Notes under the pieces: model-generated
What the model was told of the DNA's origin: nothing
What the model saw: the letters and a program-made list of their open reading frames with translations, nothing else
Databases searched by the model: none
Program-made: the position numbers and the translations under genes
Shown here: positions 10,205 through 20,215 of the stretch, one piece after another
Position numbering within the stretch: position 1 is the stretch's first letter
Layout: each line of letters starts with the position of its first letter
IMG/VR virus record: IMGVR_UViG_3300037991_007827
Span: 1 to 64,000 of that record
Direction: 5' to 3' (one strand)
Source: a virus
Taxonomy: Duplodnaviria > Caudoviricetes
Length of the DNA stretch: 64,000 bases

Positions 10205-10432
10205 TTATTCTCCTCTAATATATGCACCGAATTCATCGTCATCCATGTGCGATGTTCCACCTTGAGGTTCGCAGAAAACAACTTCTGCATTTTGCTTCCA
10301 TGCCTTACTGATTTCCCAATCGGCATCTAATTGAGCGAAAGCTTTATTTTGGGCATCTTCGGGTGAATCTGCTTCAACTTCAAATGTACGATATGTCGTA
10401 CTACCCATTTCTACTTCGTATGTTTTTTTCAT
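10205..10432 (-). CDS. small phage protein (VEADS.xDA motif)
   Basis: Start moved to MKKTYEVEM to remove overlap. Confidence 0.6.
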   Translation of the reverse strand: MKKTYEVEMGSTTYRTFEVEADSPEDAQNKAFAQLDADWEISKAWKQNAEVVFCEPQGGTSHMDDDEFGAYIRGE

Positions 10433-10434
10433 AA

Positions 10435-10827
10435 TTATTCCTCGTACATATAGATTGGAGTGTATTCGCCAACATAGGCACACTCAATATTAAAACCAAA
10501 ATATTCTACTGCCTCTTCTTGGGTCATGCCTTCATTCATCAATCCCCCTATGATTTGGTCAGCAGAATAAACAACTCTACCATCACTAGAATAACCCATA
10601 ATTGCATGATCATGCCCATCAGCAAACATTGCTTCGGGGTTATGTTCAGCAATCGTTTCTTTCAATTGCTCTACTCGTTCAGATCGAATTTTTCTAATTT
10701 TATCTATTGTATCCATACTTTCATCAGAACATATTTCTTGATCTTTGTCAAGACTTATTTCTGTTTCTGCACGAATATTTTTTAACTCATCCAAGAATGG
10801 TAAACCTTCAGAATTTAAACATATCAT
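10435..10827 (-). CDS. conserved phage hypothetical protein
   Basis: FADGHDHAIMG...VVYS...EEAVEYFGFNIECAYVGEYTPI pattern; promoter TTGACA-17-TATGCT at 10834-10862. Confidence 0.7.
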   Translation of the reverse strand: MICLNSEGLPFLDELKNIRAETEISLDKDQEICSDESMDTIDKIRKIRSERVEQLKETIAEHNPEAMFADGHDHAIMGYSSDGRVVYSADQIIGGLMNEGMTQEEAVEYFGFNIECAYVGEYTPIYMYEE

Positions 10828-10858
10828 GCCCGAAGCATAAACAAAATCGGGGGCAATG

Positions 10859-11125
10859 TCAAGAATAATTTTTCAACATCCATTTAACTTGATCTCTTAA
10901 ATCATAAACAAATCTTTCTTGATTATCTTGTTGAGTCCAAAAAGCTAATTGTTGAGTTAAAATTTTTACTCGATCTCTTATTATTTGTTTATCTTCTGAA
11001 GTGAAGGAGTCATTAGTCAAAACATCTTCAATCAAAACCTTGTTGGCTTGAATCAAATTATTTATTTGACCTTCAGTCATGACATCCACCCCCACAACAT
11101 TGATCTGATCCACCCATAACCGCAA
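10859..11125 (-). CDS. hypothetical protein
   Basis: ORF track; true start probably MTEGQ. Confidence 0.55.
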   Translation of the reverse strand: MRLWVDQINVVGVDVMTEGQINNLIQANKVLIEDVLTNDSFTSEDKQIIRDRVKILTQQLAFWTQQDNQERFVYDLRDQVKWMLKNYS

Positions 11126-11345
11126 GCTCGACCATCTCTTGAGCGTACCTTTGTAATTCGGGTTCTAATTTATTTGCGATCATTTCCCTCGCACTTTCAG
11201 ATTGTAAATTGATTTGACAACTACCTGTATTACCACAAGCAACTTCGCTTAAAACTTTTAATATTATTTCTTTCATAATTATTCTCTTCCTGTTAGTATG
11301 TAAATTAATTGCAAGCATAGTATCAGAGATATAACTCCAATACAA
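11073..11345 (-). CDS. hypothetical protein
   Basis: ORF track; true start probably MKEIILK. Confidence 0.55.
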   Translation of the reverse strand: MYWSYISDTMLAINLHTNRKRIIMKEIILKVLSEVACGNTGSCQINLQSESAREMIANKLEPELQRYAQEMVELAVMGGSDQCCGGGCHD

Positions 11346-11372
11346 GCAAAAAATTCGTATATTAGTTTTAAT

Positions 11373-11654
11373 TTATTTTTCAATTTTTTTTCTGCACTCC
11401 CAACTTGATTTTGCCATTTGTCTTTGTCTTTTAAGTTCATTGGTTGCTCCTTGTAAAGTAGCAATAGCTTTGTTTTCAGTCATTTTATCGTGAAGAACTT
11501 GCGTGACGCAAATCTGCACTTCCCTTGCAGTAAGTCGATAAGGGAAATTCCTGCAAAGAAACTTATAAAACTTACCACTTATTTTGCCGTGTTTTAATTT
11601 TTTATGCAAGAATCTTCTGTAATTACAATTTCTAGTATTATGTATTGGTTTCAC
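11373..11654 (-). CDS. basic hypothetical protein
   Basis: ORF track. Confidence 0.55.
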   Translation of the reverse strand: MKPIHNTRNCNYRRFLHKKLKHGKISGKFYKFLCRNFPYRLTAREVQICVTQVLHDKMTENKAIATLQGATNELKRQRQMAKSSWECRKKIEK

Positions 11655-11845
11655 AATTTTATATATCTTTTATTTTCTCCATTTAATGTAAGCAACTTAT
11701 TTAAATCATAAGCCTCATCTTTTGTCAAGAGAATTTTTTTATTTGTTGGTATTCTTTCGTGACCATGTGGGCGATTCCAATCAACTATAATATATTCTTG
11801 TTTTTCTTCTGTCATTTTTTGTCTCCCCAAAAGCCACACACGCAA
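11651..11845 (-). CDS. hypothetical protein
   Basis: ORF track; true start probably MTEEKQ. Confidence 0.5.
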   Translation of the reverse strand: MRVWLLGRQKMTEEKQEYIIVDWNRPHGHERIPTNKKILLTKDEAYDLNKLLTLNGENKRYIKL

Positions 11846-12078
11846 GGTTTATTATCTTTTTGATTTGCACCATCTTGATAACCCTTGTCGTAAGATTTAT
11901 TTGCATTTTTTGCTAATATTTTTTCAAACTTTTTGGCGAGATATTCCTGTGCATCTGCCCAACCTTTATCGTAACCTTTACGATAATTAATTTCTTCTGT
12001 CATTTGTTCATTCATGTAATTTTTCCTTAATTGCTTCTTCGCAAAGTTGATTAAATGTAATCCCTTTCTCATGTGCAA
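11812..12078 (-). CDS. hypothetical protein with GYxxG repeats
   Basis: YRKGYDKGW / SYDKGYQDG. Confidence 0.55.
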   Translation of the reverse strand: MHMRKGLHLINFAKKQLRKNYMNEQMTEEINYRKGYDKGWADAQEYLAKKFEKILAKNANKSYDKGYQDGANQKDNKPCVCGFWGDKK

Positions 12079-12331
12079 CCATCATATATTTGAACAATTC
12101 CTCATCATCAAATTCTAGCTCGACACTTTCATATTTGACTTTACGAATTAAAACCGAACCATTTCTATCTTCAAATTTTAAATCATCACCTTCTTTCCAT
12201 CCTAATCTTTCGAGAACTTCATCGGGGATAGTAAAAAACAAATCACCATCAGAGGTTTCTTTTAGTATTACTTCTTTTTCAATCATTATTATTCCATAAA
12301 TTATTAATTGATATACATAATAACACAACAC
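12008..12331 (-). CDS. AbrB/MazE-like DNA-binding protein
   Basis: FTIPDEVLERLGWKEGDDLKF...VLIRKV swapped-hairpin signature; true start probably MIEKEV. Confidence 0.75.
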   Translation of the reverse strand: MLCYYVYQLIIYGIIMIEKEVILKETSDGDLFFTIPDEVLERLGWKEGDDLKFEDRNGSVLIRKVKYESVELEFDDEELFKYMMVAHEKGITFNQLCEEAIKEKLHE

Positions 12332-12456
12332 CTACTACTATGGCAAGTAAAAAATCCATTATTTGCAAGAAAATAAAAACAAAAATATCGTAACAAAAAT
12401 AATTAACAAAAATATTTTGTTTATTAAACTACTAAATTCATCAAAAGGATTCATGA

Positions 12457-12744
12457 TTAAAAAACATAATCGTCATCTTCTTGTCTAAAGAGATTATTTT
12501 GCCACTCTTCAACTTCTTCTTTTGTATGACCTTGCAGATTGTCATTTCTTTCCTCTTCTGTAAACCATTGATAATCCAAATTAAAAATAGAATCAACATT
12601 GCAAGGATGATACCCCGCATTTACGAGCAACCCTTTGAATTGTTGTGCAAGTTCATATACATCTGATCCATCATGCACTTCATCAGATTCAACGCTATAA
12701 ATTTTACCATGTAATGTGAGTGATAATTTCATAATTAGTTCCAA
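12457..12744 (-). CDS. hypothetical protein
   Basis: ORF track. Confidence 0.6.
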   Translation of the reverse strand: MELIMKLSLTLHGKIYSVESDEVHDGSDVYELAQQFKGLLVNAGYHPCNVDSIFNLDYQWFTEEERNDNLQGHTKEEVEEWQNNLFRQEDDDYVF

Positions 12745-13010
12745 TCAAAGTCTATATTATAACCTACTGCCCTACGCTTGTCAAGCTTTTTCGATGGACA
12801 AGTTACTTCGATGCAAATATCTCTTCCCCAAGGATCACCTGCTATAATTGGAGCACCCTCTTGATCCATTTCCTCTACCCAATCAATATTTAAATCATCA
12901 GATGGAAATAGATCATATTCTGACTCGTCATCTAACCACATAATTGGTGCAGATAAATCGTCTCCAACTAAGTCTTGTCTGATTGTTAACCAACTATCTA
13001 CTTTGCTCAT
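12735..13010 (-). CDS. hypothetical protein
   Basis: ORF track. Confidence 0.6.
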   Translation of the reverse strand: MSKVDSWLTIRQDLVGDDLSAPIMWLDDESEYDLFPSDDLNIDWVEEMDQEGAPIIAGDPWGRDICIEVTCPSKKLDKRRAVGYNIDFDWN

Positions 13011-13581
13011 ATTCCATTAATCCTTTTATTTGATCTCTTGCTGATGCCCAATAGCTACTTTTCATGTCATCAGTTTGACCATATTGTTCTGCTTTAACCA
13101 TGCTCATGCCATAATCATGCCATATCTTGCATATCTTGTCAATGTTTTTATCATCGGGTTTTACATTATAATGATTCCAACATTCTTTACCATCGGTAGT
13201 TTCTGTTTCTATCCATTCAGCAGGAAAACCTTCCGCAAAATACATCAAGTGATTATCCTTGGCGAACTTAAAAGCAAGAGATACAAAACTATCTTCTCTT
13301 TTATGTGACTCGTACAAATCTGCATCTTCATACCAAGACTCACGAACACTAATCTCAAATTGAAAAGTATCTTTGATTGCAACATATTCTTGCTCCCATT
13401 TTTGGCGATTATCGTCACCATGCTCTAGTATGTCAACGCTATGATTTTTACCATACCATTTCATATGTCTAGTGACAGGACTCGCATAGATAATCTTTTG
13501 AAACTCTTCAAGGAGTTCTTGATTAGACTTTGCAGTCATTTGCGTTCTTCTAAAACTTACTGATTTTCCTTCTCCGCTCAT
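12994..13581 (-). CDS. hypothetical protein
   Basis: 195-aa ORF; promoter TTGACG-17-TAATAT at 13589-13617. Confidence 0.7.
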   Translation of the reverse strand: MSGEGKSVSFRRTQMTAKSNQELLEEFQKIIYASPVTRHMKWYGKNHSVDILEHGDDNRQKWEQEYVAIKDTFQFEISVRESWYEDADLYESHKREDSFVSLAFKFAKDNHLMYFAEGFPAEWIETETTDGKECWNHYNVKPDDKNIDKICKIWHDYGMSMVKAEQYGQTDDMKSSYWASARDQIKGLMEYEQSR

Positions 13582-13681
13582 AATTTAAATATTAGCAAAA
13601 ACTAAAACTGCCGTCAAGAAAAAAATAACAAAAAGCTCAACAACGAGATAATCATTATAAGTAACAAAGCTAACCAATCTT

Positions 13682-13930
13682 TCACTTGTCCAAGACCAAA
13701 GTCGTTTCATATTTTTTATTATTTACAAGGTGAAGGTAATCAACATAACGCATATTTAATGCTTTTGCCTGTGCCTTTAAATCGGGATTATCATAATCAT
13801 CTGTTGGTAATGGACAATTATGTGGATCAAGCATAGGATAATTATGCAATGTTGGTAAAGGTTTCTCACTAGCACAACCTGCCAAAAATAAAACTGCAAT
13901 TATTTTAATCTTCATATACAATTTTTCCAT
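13682..13930 (-). CDS. putative lipoprotein
   Basis: MKIKIIAVLFLAG-C lipobox. Confidence 0.6.
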   Translation of the reverse strand: MEKLYMKIKIIAVLFLAGCASEKPLPTLHNYPMLDPHNCPLPTDDYDNPDLKAQAKALNMRYVDYLHLVNNKKYETTLVLDK

Positions 13931-14288
13931 CTCCTTCTTTATTATAGTGAAATAAATATTGTGTTCTATCTGTATCTATTTGATGATGGGGATTATCTTT
14001 AGTTGGTGGATCAACTGCATAACAAGCGACATCCCAAGACCATTCGCTTGGATCATAATATATATAGTCACCATCATCAGTAAATTCTCCAACATCATCA
14101 CCACAATAGATATTGTAATCTATGTAAGTGCCATCTTCTAGTTGGTAACTATTCCAATAGTCAAAATTATCTCCGTCAGTTTCGACTTCGGGATTAGCTT
14201 CAACTTTTTTGATATGAGTTAACGCTAAATCAATTATTTCTAACGCAACTTCTTTCGGTGCTTTCCAAGGTTTTTCTAATTCAATCAT
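13905..14288 (-). CDS. acidic hypothetical protein
   Basis: ORF track; coupled. Confidence 0.65.
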   Translation of the reverse strand: MIELEKPWKAPKEVALEIIDLALTHIKKVEANPEVETDGDNFDYWNSYQLEDGTYIDYNIYCGDDVGEFTDDGDYIYYDPSEWSWDVACYAVDPPTKDNPHHQIDTDRTQYLFHYNKEGDGKIVYED

Positions 14289-14566
14289 TATTTTATTTCT
14301 CCTTCTTCAATTATTGTTTTCATTGCCATTGTTCCGTCATCATAATCGGGTAAATTAACTTTGTCAACATCTTTTTTTCTAAAGTTTTTATATTCTTGCC
14401 ACATCGCATCACAACGAGTTTTATGAAACTGACTCATGCCAATTAACATATTTAATAATTCATCTTCTGTATATTGATGGGGAGAATCACCAATTGCATA
14501 GATTATTGCATCTATATCAGATTGAATCTGACTCATGTTGCCCATTGCTTCTTCTAATTTATTCAT
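14288..14566 (-). CDS. hypothetical protein
   Basis: ORF track; coupled. Confidence 0.65.
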   Translation of the reverse strand: MNKLEEAMGNMSQIQSDIDAIIYAIGDSPHQYTEDELLNMLIGMSQFHKTRCDAMWQEYKNFRKKDVDKVNLPDYDDGTMAMKTIIEEGEIK

Positions 14567-15038
14567 GGTATTTGACTATATAGGTTTTAAAGTTTCTGTC
14601 AATCAAAATATCATTTATCATTGAAAAAATAACATTCCAACTTCCACCTGCGAGTCCACAAGAGATCATCCAAGGTAAACCCAAAGTTTTTTCTACCCCT
14701 TCATGCTTGGATTGCCATTCAATATGACCCGCGACTTTATTTAATGCAACATAAAATGCTTCATAATTAACTGATCTTTTGTCTCCAATCTTAGATTGCG
14801 TATACATATTATAAATGCCTTTATTTTGAGTGGCATCTGTTACCGAAAAACTATAATCCCCTAAAACATTAGCACCTTCGTACATTGCATAACAATCAGC
14901 TTCATAAGCTTTAGGGTAGCGATCTTTTATTGCCCTAGCAATTCCTGCACCCATAACATTATGAGTATTACAAGAGTGAGCAATAAAATCTATATCATTA
15001 GGGAAATCAAGAAGATTGCCATCTATTATTTGTACCAT
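14559..15038 (-). CDS. macrodomain (ADP-ribose processing) protein
   Basis: IIDGNLL, IAHSCN..NVMGAGIARAIK..YP, LPWMISCGLAGGSW. Confidence 0.9.
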   Translation of the reverse strand: MVQIIDGNLLDFPNDIDFIAHSCNTHNVMGAGIARAIKDRYPKAYEADCYAMYEGANVLGDYSFSVTDATQNKGIYNMYTQSKIGDKRSVNYEAFYVALNKVAGHIEWQSKHEGVEKTLGLPWMISCGLAGGSWNVIFSMINDILIDRNFKTYIVKYHE

Positions 15039-15044
15039 ACCAAC

Positions 15045-15073
15045 ACCTTAGTAAATTATTAATCAAGAGTCAA
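15045..15073 (-). promoter_or_regulatory. sigma70-type promoter, probably leaderless
   Basis: TTGACT-17-TAAGGT-6 nt-ATG. Confidence 0.7.
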
Positions 15074-15076
15074 GCA

Positions 15077-16081
15077 TTAAATAACCCCTGCTATTTGTTT
15101 TTGTAAGAGTTTGATTGCTTTATCCTTTGCTTTAGTTTCGATTTCCCACTTAACAGGTTTATCGGGGTCAATAGAAATATGTGGTGGAAAATTACCTAGT
15201 GCAATATAATCTGCATGAGAACGAGGCTTTTCGGGTTTACCTTCTGACCAATGAAAGACAGGAGAAATAAAATGATTGTCTCCTTCTCCATTATTAACCC
15301 ATGTATATGCACAACGCTCTGCTTGCCATTGAATAGATGATTCTTCTGATGGATTGCAGATATGATGCAAATTGTCAAAACAAACAGGAATATTTGCATT
15401 GAATGTTTCAAATAAATACTCACTAAATTTAATGCAATTATCTACATTGAAGAAACCTTTGTCTTCGTTCTCGATAGTTAGTCGATTGTAAACACCTTTG
15501 TCGCACATAGAAAGATTGCGAAAAAATCTAGTCGCAACTATTTCCAATGTTTCATCGCCTTTTGGAGAATAATTGATGTGAATATTCATTGGAGCAGTAT
15601 GATCTTGGGGCAAGCCGATCATGTCAAGAACACTTGCTTGAAAATTTAATTCATTTATTGTGCGATCAACTGCCTCACGATTACAAGAAGCAAGAACATT
15701 GAATTGATCGGGGTGAGAACCAATTGATATATCAAACTTTTCAGCAATTAATCCAACAAATTTTAGTTCTTGTTCGATTCTAGTTTTGTGTGGCAAATCT
15801 TCAAGAGAAATTTCCAAAGTTTGATCGGTAAGGAGAGGAAAAAGAGCAGAACTAAGACGATAATGCCTAATATTTGAGGAATGACAATGATTGACAATAT
15901 ATTGAGTAACAATAACATTGTGCAAAATTCTTTCAGATAATTGATTGACTGCTTCATCTCTACCTTCTTGGTTACACAAGTCATTGAATCTTTTCCGAGT
16001 CATTGTCCGAAAAGAATATTTTACCTTGTCTTTATCTTTGAGTTCTTCGCTAATGCAAGTTAAGCCTAATGTTTGTGTCAT
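15077..16081 (-). CDS. uvsE: UV-damage endonuclease
   Basis: YRLSSALFP, SHPDQFNVLAS, NIH, RLTIENEDK, FDNLHH, FHWSE, HADYI, EIETKAKDKA. Confidence 0.92.
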   Translation of the reverse strand: MTQTLGLTCISEELKDKDKVKYSFRTMTRKRFNDLCNQEGRDEAVNQLSERILHNVIVTQYIVNHCHSSNIRHYRLSSALFPLLTDQTLEISLEDLPHKTRIEQELKFVGLIAEKFDISIGSHPDQFNVLASCNREAVDRTINELNFQASVLDMIGLPQDHTAPMNIHINYSPKGDETLEIVATRFFRNLSMCDKGVYNRLTIENEDKGFFNVDNCIKFSEYLFETFNANIPVCFDNLHHICNPSEESSIQWQAERCAYTWVNNGEGDNHFISPVFHWSEGKPEKPRSHADYIALGNFPPHISIDPDKPVKWEIETKAKDKAIKLLQKQIAGVI

Positions 16082-16087
16082 ACGAGA

Positions 16088-16116
16088 ACCTTATACTAAA
16101 AAATAATATTTGTCAA
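16088..16116 (-). promoter_or_regulatory. sigma70-type promoter, probably leaderless
   Basis: TTGACA-17-TAAGGT-6 nt-ATG of uvsE. Confidence 0.75.
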
Positions 16117-16141
16117 GTCTTTTTTTGTGTATTGTAAACAA

Positions 16142-16234
16142 ATGAATTTTATAATGGAATTATGGGATGCTTTGTTATGGTTGTCTATGCTTTCAGCAAT
16201 TGTGGTTATATTTTATCCACATAAAGATGATTAG
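16142..16234 (+). CDS. 30-aa membrane peptide
   Basis: MNFIMELWDALLWLSMLSAIVVIFYPHKDD; GTGTA motif 15 nt before ATG. Confidence 0.45.
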   Translation: MNFIMELWDALLWLSMLSAIVVIFYPHKDD

Positions 16235-16539
16235 TCTGTATCTTCAGTAAATTTATATTCCACGAAATCTTCTAAATCACTTTCATCACAAAGCGGAGCA
16301 AATTTTATTTGATTAATATCAAGTATTTTTTCTTCATTAACTTCGGGCGGAAAGAAATAATTAAAATGTTTTTTAGCATCGGCAATCATTAATTGCAATG
16401 CTTCTAAAATATCTTGAGGATTTTCACCAACTATTTCGGGCTTTTCTGAATGGGCAGAAATCTCACCATCGTCATTATAAATGACTTCATAAAGACCATA
16501 AGATTCGGGACTATCTTTTATTATTCTGTAATTCCACAT
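16231..16539 (-). CDS. conserved phage hypothetical protein
   Basis: MWNYRII....YGLYEVIYNDDG pattern. Confidence 0.7.
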   Translation of the reverse strand: MWNYRIIKDSPESYGLYEVIYNDDGEISAHSEKPEIVGENPQDILEALQLMIADAKKHFNYFFPPEVNEEKILDINQIKFAPLCDESDLEDFVEYKFTEDTD

Positions 16540-16544
16540 TTTTT

Positions 16545-16988
16545 TTATTCATTTAAATAAGTCAGTATATAATAATTAGTTTCTTTAATTTTATAACCAA
16601 GCGATTGATATAGATTATTTGCCACAACTCGACTTGGTCTTGATGTTAAATGGATGGTTGAGCATGACATTTTTTTCGCTAACTCATGAGCTTTTAGCAT
16701 TAATTTTTTTCCAATTTGTTTTCCCCTAAAATCAGAGTCCACAACAACATCTTCTATTAACGCTTTTTTTTGTGTCAGCATATCCACACAAATTAAACTC
16801 AATATACCCACTAAATCAGAACCACAAAAAGCACCTAAAAGAATAGTATTTTTATTCGTGATTACATTATCAACTTTTTCAGAGGAAAGACTTTTAAAAT
16901 TAGAACTTAATTGATTTAATAATTTATTGATTTTATTATTAATATCTAAGCTATTCTTTGTAATTTCTATAATGTTAATATTATTCAT
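16545..16988 (-). CDS. GNAT acetyltransferase
   Basis: IEDVVVDSDFRGKQIGKKLM, LTSRPSRVVANNLYQSLGY. Confidence 0.88.
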   Translation of the reverse strand: MNNINIIEITKNSLDINNKINKLLNQLSSNFKSLSSEKVDNVITNKNTILLGAFCGSDLVGILSLICVDMLTQKKALIEDVVVDSDFRGKQIGKKLMLKAHELAKKMSCSTIHLTSRPSRVVANNLYQSLGYKIKETNYYILTYLNE

Positions 16989-17578
16989 TTAAATAACCAA
17001 TATTGTATTTCATTCATCATGTCTTGTATTCTAGCTTTTGTCATTACATCATGTCTTGGTTCACCATTCCAAGGTGGACGAGTATATAGTTTATATATAG
17101 CATCGTGTTTGTCAAGAGTAAAAAGTTCAGAACCTTCAATATGTTCAAATGAATCAAGCATATTTCCTTGCTTATCAAAACCTCTTGCGTACAAATCTTT
17201 TATTTGTTTTACGCTTTGTAAATTTAATCTTTGTAAACACCAATTTAATAAATCTAATCTTTTAAATAAAACAAACCCGAACTCCTGCTGAAACGCAATA
17301 ATATCCGCTTTTCCCAAAAGCCAACCATCGTAACCTTTTGTGCCGATTAATTCTAAATAAATTAAATTAGGATTATTATCTTTAATAGCTTTGACATCAA
17401 CTAAATTGACTTTTTTATTTTGGCTAATCACTTTGCAATCCCAATGTTCATATATGTCTTGTCTTCTTGTTGCTTTGATTACATTGCACCCCTTCTTTTT
17501 GCAAAGCGAAGCAAATAAATCTTCTGCACGATTTCCAATATTTTGTGAGTATTCTTTTCGTTTTTCTACTTGATTCAT
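16985..17578 (-). CDS. PD-(D/E)xK nuclease family protein
   Basis: GNRAEDLF...DIYEHWD...VDVKA...YLEL....GWLLGKADIIAF. Confidence 0.65.
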   Translation of the reverse strand: MNQVEKRKEYSQNIGNRAEDLFASLCKKKGCNVIKATRRQDIYEHWDCKVISQNKKVNLVDVKAIKDNNPNLIYLELIGTKGYDGWLLGKADIIAFQQEFGFVLFKRLDLLNWCLQRLNLQSVKQIKDLYARGFDKQGNMLDSFEHIEGSELFTLDKHDAIYKLYTRPPWNGEPRHDVMTKARIQDMMNEIQYWLFK

Positions 17579-17940
17579 TTTTCGTCAAAAGGTCGTAACC
17601 AACCTTCACCAAGGTGAATTTGAGCAGTATCTTTTGGTCTTTCCGTTGATAAATTTAAATGCTTTACAATTTCATTTAATTGTTTTTTATTAATTCTTAA
17701 TTTTTCATTATTTACCCAAATCACATGAGAACCTGTTATATTGAAAGGATGTGGCACAGGATTAATTTGTATATTATGTACTTCTCTAATATCAGGAATA
17801 AAATTAGGTGGAGCAGTTGGCGGTAAAAAATGTCTTGGTAAATCGGGTAATGGGGGATGAGGCAAATCAATTTCCTCTTCTATTTTATGAGAGTGACAAC
17901 CAAGCGAAAGCAATAAAAATATCAACCATATATTTTTCAT
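17575..17940 (-). CDS. putative lipoprotein, Pro-rich
   Basis: MKNIWLIFLLLSLG-C lipobox. Confidence 0.6.
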   Translation of the reverse strand: MKNIWLIFLLLSLGCHSHKIEEEIDLPHPPLPDLPRHFLPPTAPPNFIPDIREVHNIQINPVPHPFNITGSHVIWVNNEKLRINKKQLNEIVKHLNLSTERPKDTAQIHLGEGWLRPFDEK

Positions 17941-18283
17941 ACCAAAATAATTTTATAATATTTTCTTTAATAATTCTATCTGTTTTTCAACATCTTCTAA
18001 CTCTTCTTTAATTTGTTGAGTATAATCTTTTTCTTTATTGACTTGCTGAAGCAAACGAGTTGCTAATTCATTCAATTCTTCTGCGCATTTTAATAAAATT
18101 TTATTGTCTTTATTCATACCATTTCATCAAATAATTTCATAACTGATTTTAACCGAGAGCGAAGATCTTCTGTATATTCAATTAAGTCAAGCATTTTTTG
18201 ATAAGTAATTTTTTTATCCTTATCTTTAGCGTGATACCAAAGGGTGTAGACTTGATGCCTGAGTTTATCTCTTTCGTTTTTAT

Positions 18284-19219
18284 TCATAATGCTTTGCATA
18301 GTTCTAAGCCTCTGCCTGTGATTTTGCGTTTGCCATCAATCTCGACAAGACTTTTGTTAATAAGATAGAGTTCATGATCTCTTTGTAATGCAGTTTTGCT
18401 CAAGCCTAATTTGGCAGATAAACCTGTTAAGGTTGCAGAACCTACATCTTTAAGTATCTCAAGGATTTGTTTCTCTGTATTTGTGATACCATGTGGTAAG
18501 ATGCCAATGCTATCGCATAATTCTCTGAAATTGTCAACACCAAAATGATTACTTTCCTTTGCCCCGCAATAAAGAGTAATTTCCTTTGCTCGTTTTACTG
18601 CACTACGAGCATTACCCCGAATTGTCGATGCGACTTCGGTCAAGCATTCATCTGTAAAATTAACTTCGAGAGCACAAAGCTTAACAATCTCTGCAAGTTC
18701 TTCTTCATTGTATGCTTCAAAATCAACATTGGTAAGACGATCCTTTAGTGGTGGAAAAATCTTATCAGTTTCAGTTGTTGCAAAAATAAATGTTTGTTGT
18801 TTGAAGTTGAACTCAAAAGTCATTTCGTTCCACTCAAAAGTTTTACGACTATTAGCCTCGGCATTGAAGATGGTCAAAAATGCCATCGTTAAATCTTTAG
18901 GAAGTGCGTGACACTCATCAAACAAAATCGTAATCTCATTATCAGCAATCAGAGGCAAAAAGATTTGCTCAAAAAATTGCTCATTGTTTTTGATTGTTGA
19001 ACAATTAAGCTCAAGAAAAGCTCGTTTATCACCATCTTGATTATATAGATTTCTAGCAAATGATTTAGCGAACTCTGTTTTGCCCAAACCTTTAGCACCT
19101 GCCATCAATAAAAATGGAGCTTGAGAAGTTTTATGAAAAGCATCGAGATAAAAAGAAAGCTTCTTCTTAACTGATTCTTGACCAATAAGATCGGGGAAGT
19201 ATTTTTGAGAATTATTCAT
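18284..19219 (-). CDS. ruvB: RuvB-like Holliday junction branch-migration AAA+ ATPase
   Basis: LIGQESVK, GAKGLGKT (Walker A), FDECH (Walker B), ATTE...PLKDRL, RGNARSA, C-terminal winged helix. Confidence 0.85.
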   Translation of the reverse strand: MNNSQKYFPDLIGQESVKKKLSFYLDAFHKTSQAPFLLMAGAKGLGKTEFAKSFARNLYNQDGDKRAFLELNCSTIKNNEQFFEQIFLPLIADNEITILFDECHALPKDLTMAFLTIFNAEANSRKTFEWNEMTFEFNFKQQTFIFATTETDKIFPPLKDRLTNVDFEAYNEEELAEIVKLCALEVNFTDECLTEVASTIRGNARSAVKRAKEITLYCGAKESNHFGVDNFRELCDSIGILPHGITNTEKQILEILKDVGSATLTGLSAKLGLSKTALQRDHELYLINKSLVEIDGKRKITGRGLELCKAL

Positions 19220-19221
19220 AA

Positions 19222-19545
19222 TTATAATTGTGTTAATGTATATTCAATTTTCTGTTCAACCTCTTTAACATAATCATTACTCGATGACTTGTCAAGAGTA
19301 TTCTTTGACCCTTCTTGATAGCAAGATTTGCATTGTGATCTCTTGCCGAATTGTCTACGCTTGTCATTATTGAATTCATCCAAAGAAAGAAATTCATTGC
19401 ATTTACTGCACTTTTTCTTGCCTTCGATTGTTCCTCTAATGATTTCAAACCATTCAGCACTAACAGAGACTAAAGCTTTCTTGCCTATATAGTCACCAAG
19501 TTCCTCATAGGTAATTTGGGTGAATTGAGAATTATTGTTTTTCAT
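19222..19545 (-). CDS. zinc-finger protein (CxxC...CxxC)
   Basis: KKCSKCNEFLSLDEF...RSQCKSC; promoter at 19552-19580. Confidence 0.65.
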   Translation of the reverse strand: MKNNNSQFTQITYEELGDYIGKKALVSVSAEWFEIIRGTIEGKKKCSKCNEFLSLDEFNNDKRRQFGKRSQCKSCYQEGSKNTLDKSSSNDYVKEVEQKIEYTLTQL

Positions 19546-19576
19546 GATGGCACACTATATGAAATCGAAACACTTG

Positions 19577-19945
19577 TCAACGCAAAATTTCATTTATTTC
19601 TTTCCTTACAATTTTTACTTCCTCAATAAGAGTTGAGGTAGTATTTTTAAGCTCACGCAAGAGTTGGGGGCTAACATCTCTATGAATTGAAATTTCGATA
19701 CCGCTTTCATGCAATGAAATTAAATCATCAATAGCTGTTATTTGCTTGCTGTATGCATTGATCATTGTATTGAAAGATTTATTTAACTTTTTTCGCATAT
19801 AAGTTTTTTTTAATTGACTAGGATTTAAATGCTTTTCTCTAAATCTTCGATAATCTTCAATTACAGATCGGTGATCCTCTTCAAGTTCATAAAGAATCAA
19901 AGTGTGAAAATCATAAGTCTCCCAAGCTAATTCTAGCTCATCCAT
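19577..19945 (-). CDS. hypothetical protein
   Basis: ORF track. Confidence 0.6.
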   Translation of the reverse strand: MDELELAWETYDFHTLILYELEEDHRSVIEDYRRFREKHLNPSQLKKTYMRKKLNKSFNTMINAYSKQITAIDDLISLHESGIEISIHRDVSPQLLRELKNTTSTLIEEVKIVRKEINEILR

Positions 19946-20215
19946 ATTATAGAAACTTATAAAGGATATTCAGTTGGTTAACCCCACAATATTTGGCGAA
20001 ATAAGCACAGAACTCAGCGACTTCGCTAGGTTTCCATGACTCTTTCTGTATAATATGCCCGATTTCTGCATATTTTCCGTTATTCCATAGATCAGTTAGT
20101 TGTATATATTCTGTATTCATAATATTTGTTTTCTATATATTTGTTATTGTTAAAGATCGCAGTCTGACATAGCTTTTCAAAAATGTCAACCCTTTTTTTT
20201 AGTGTATATCCAAAT

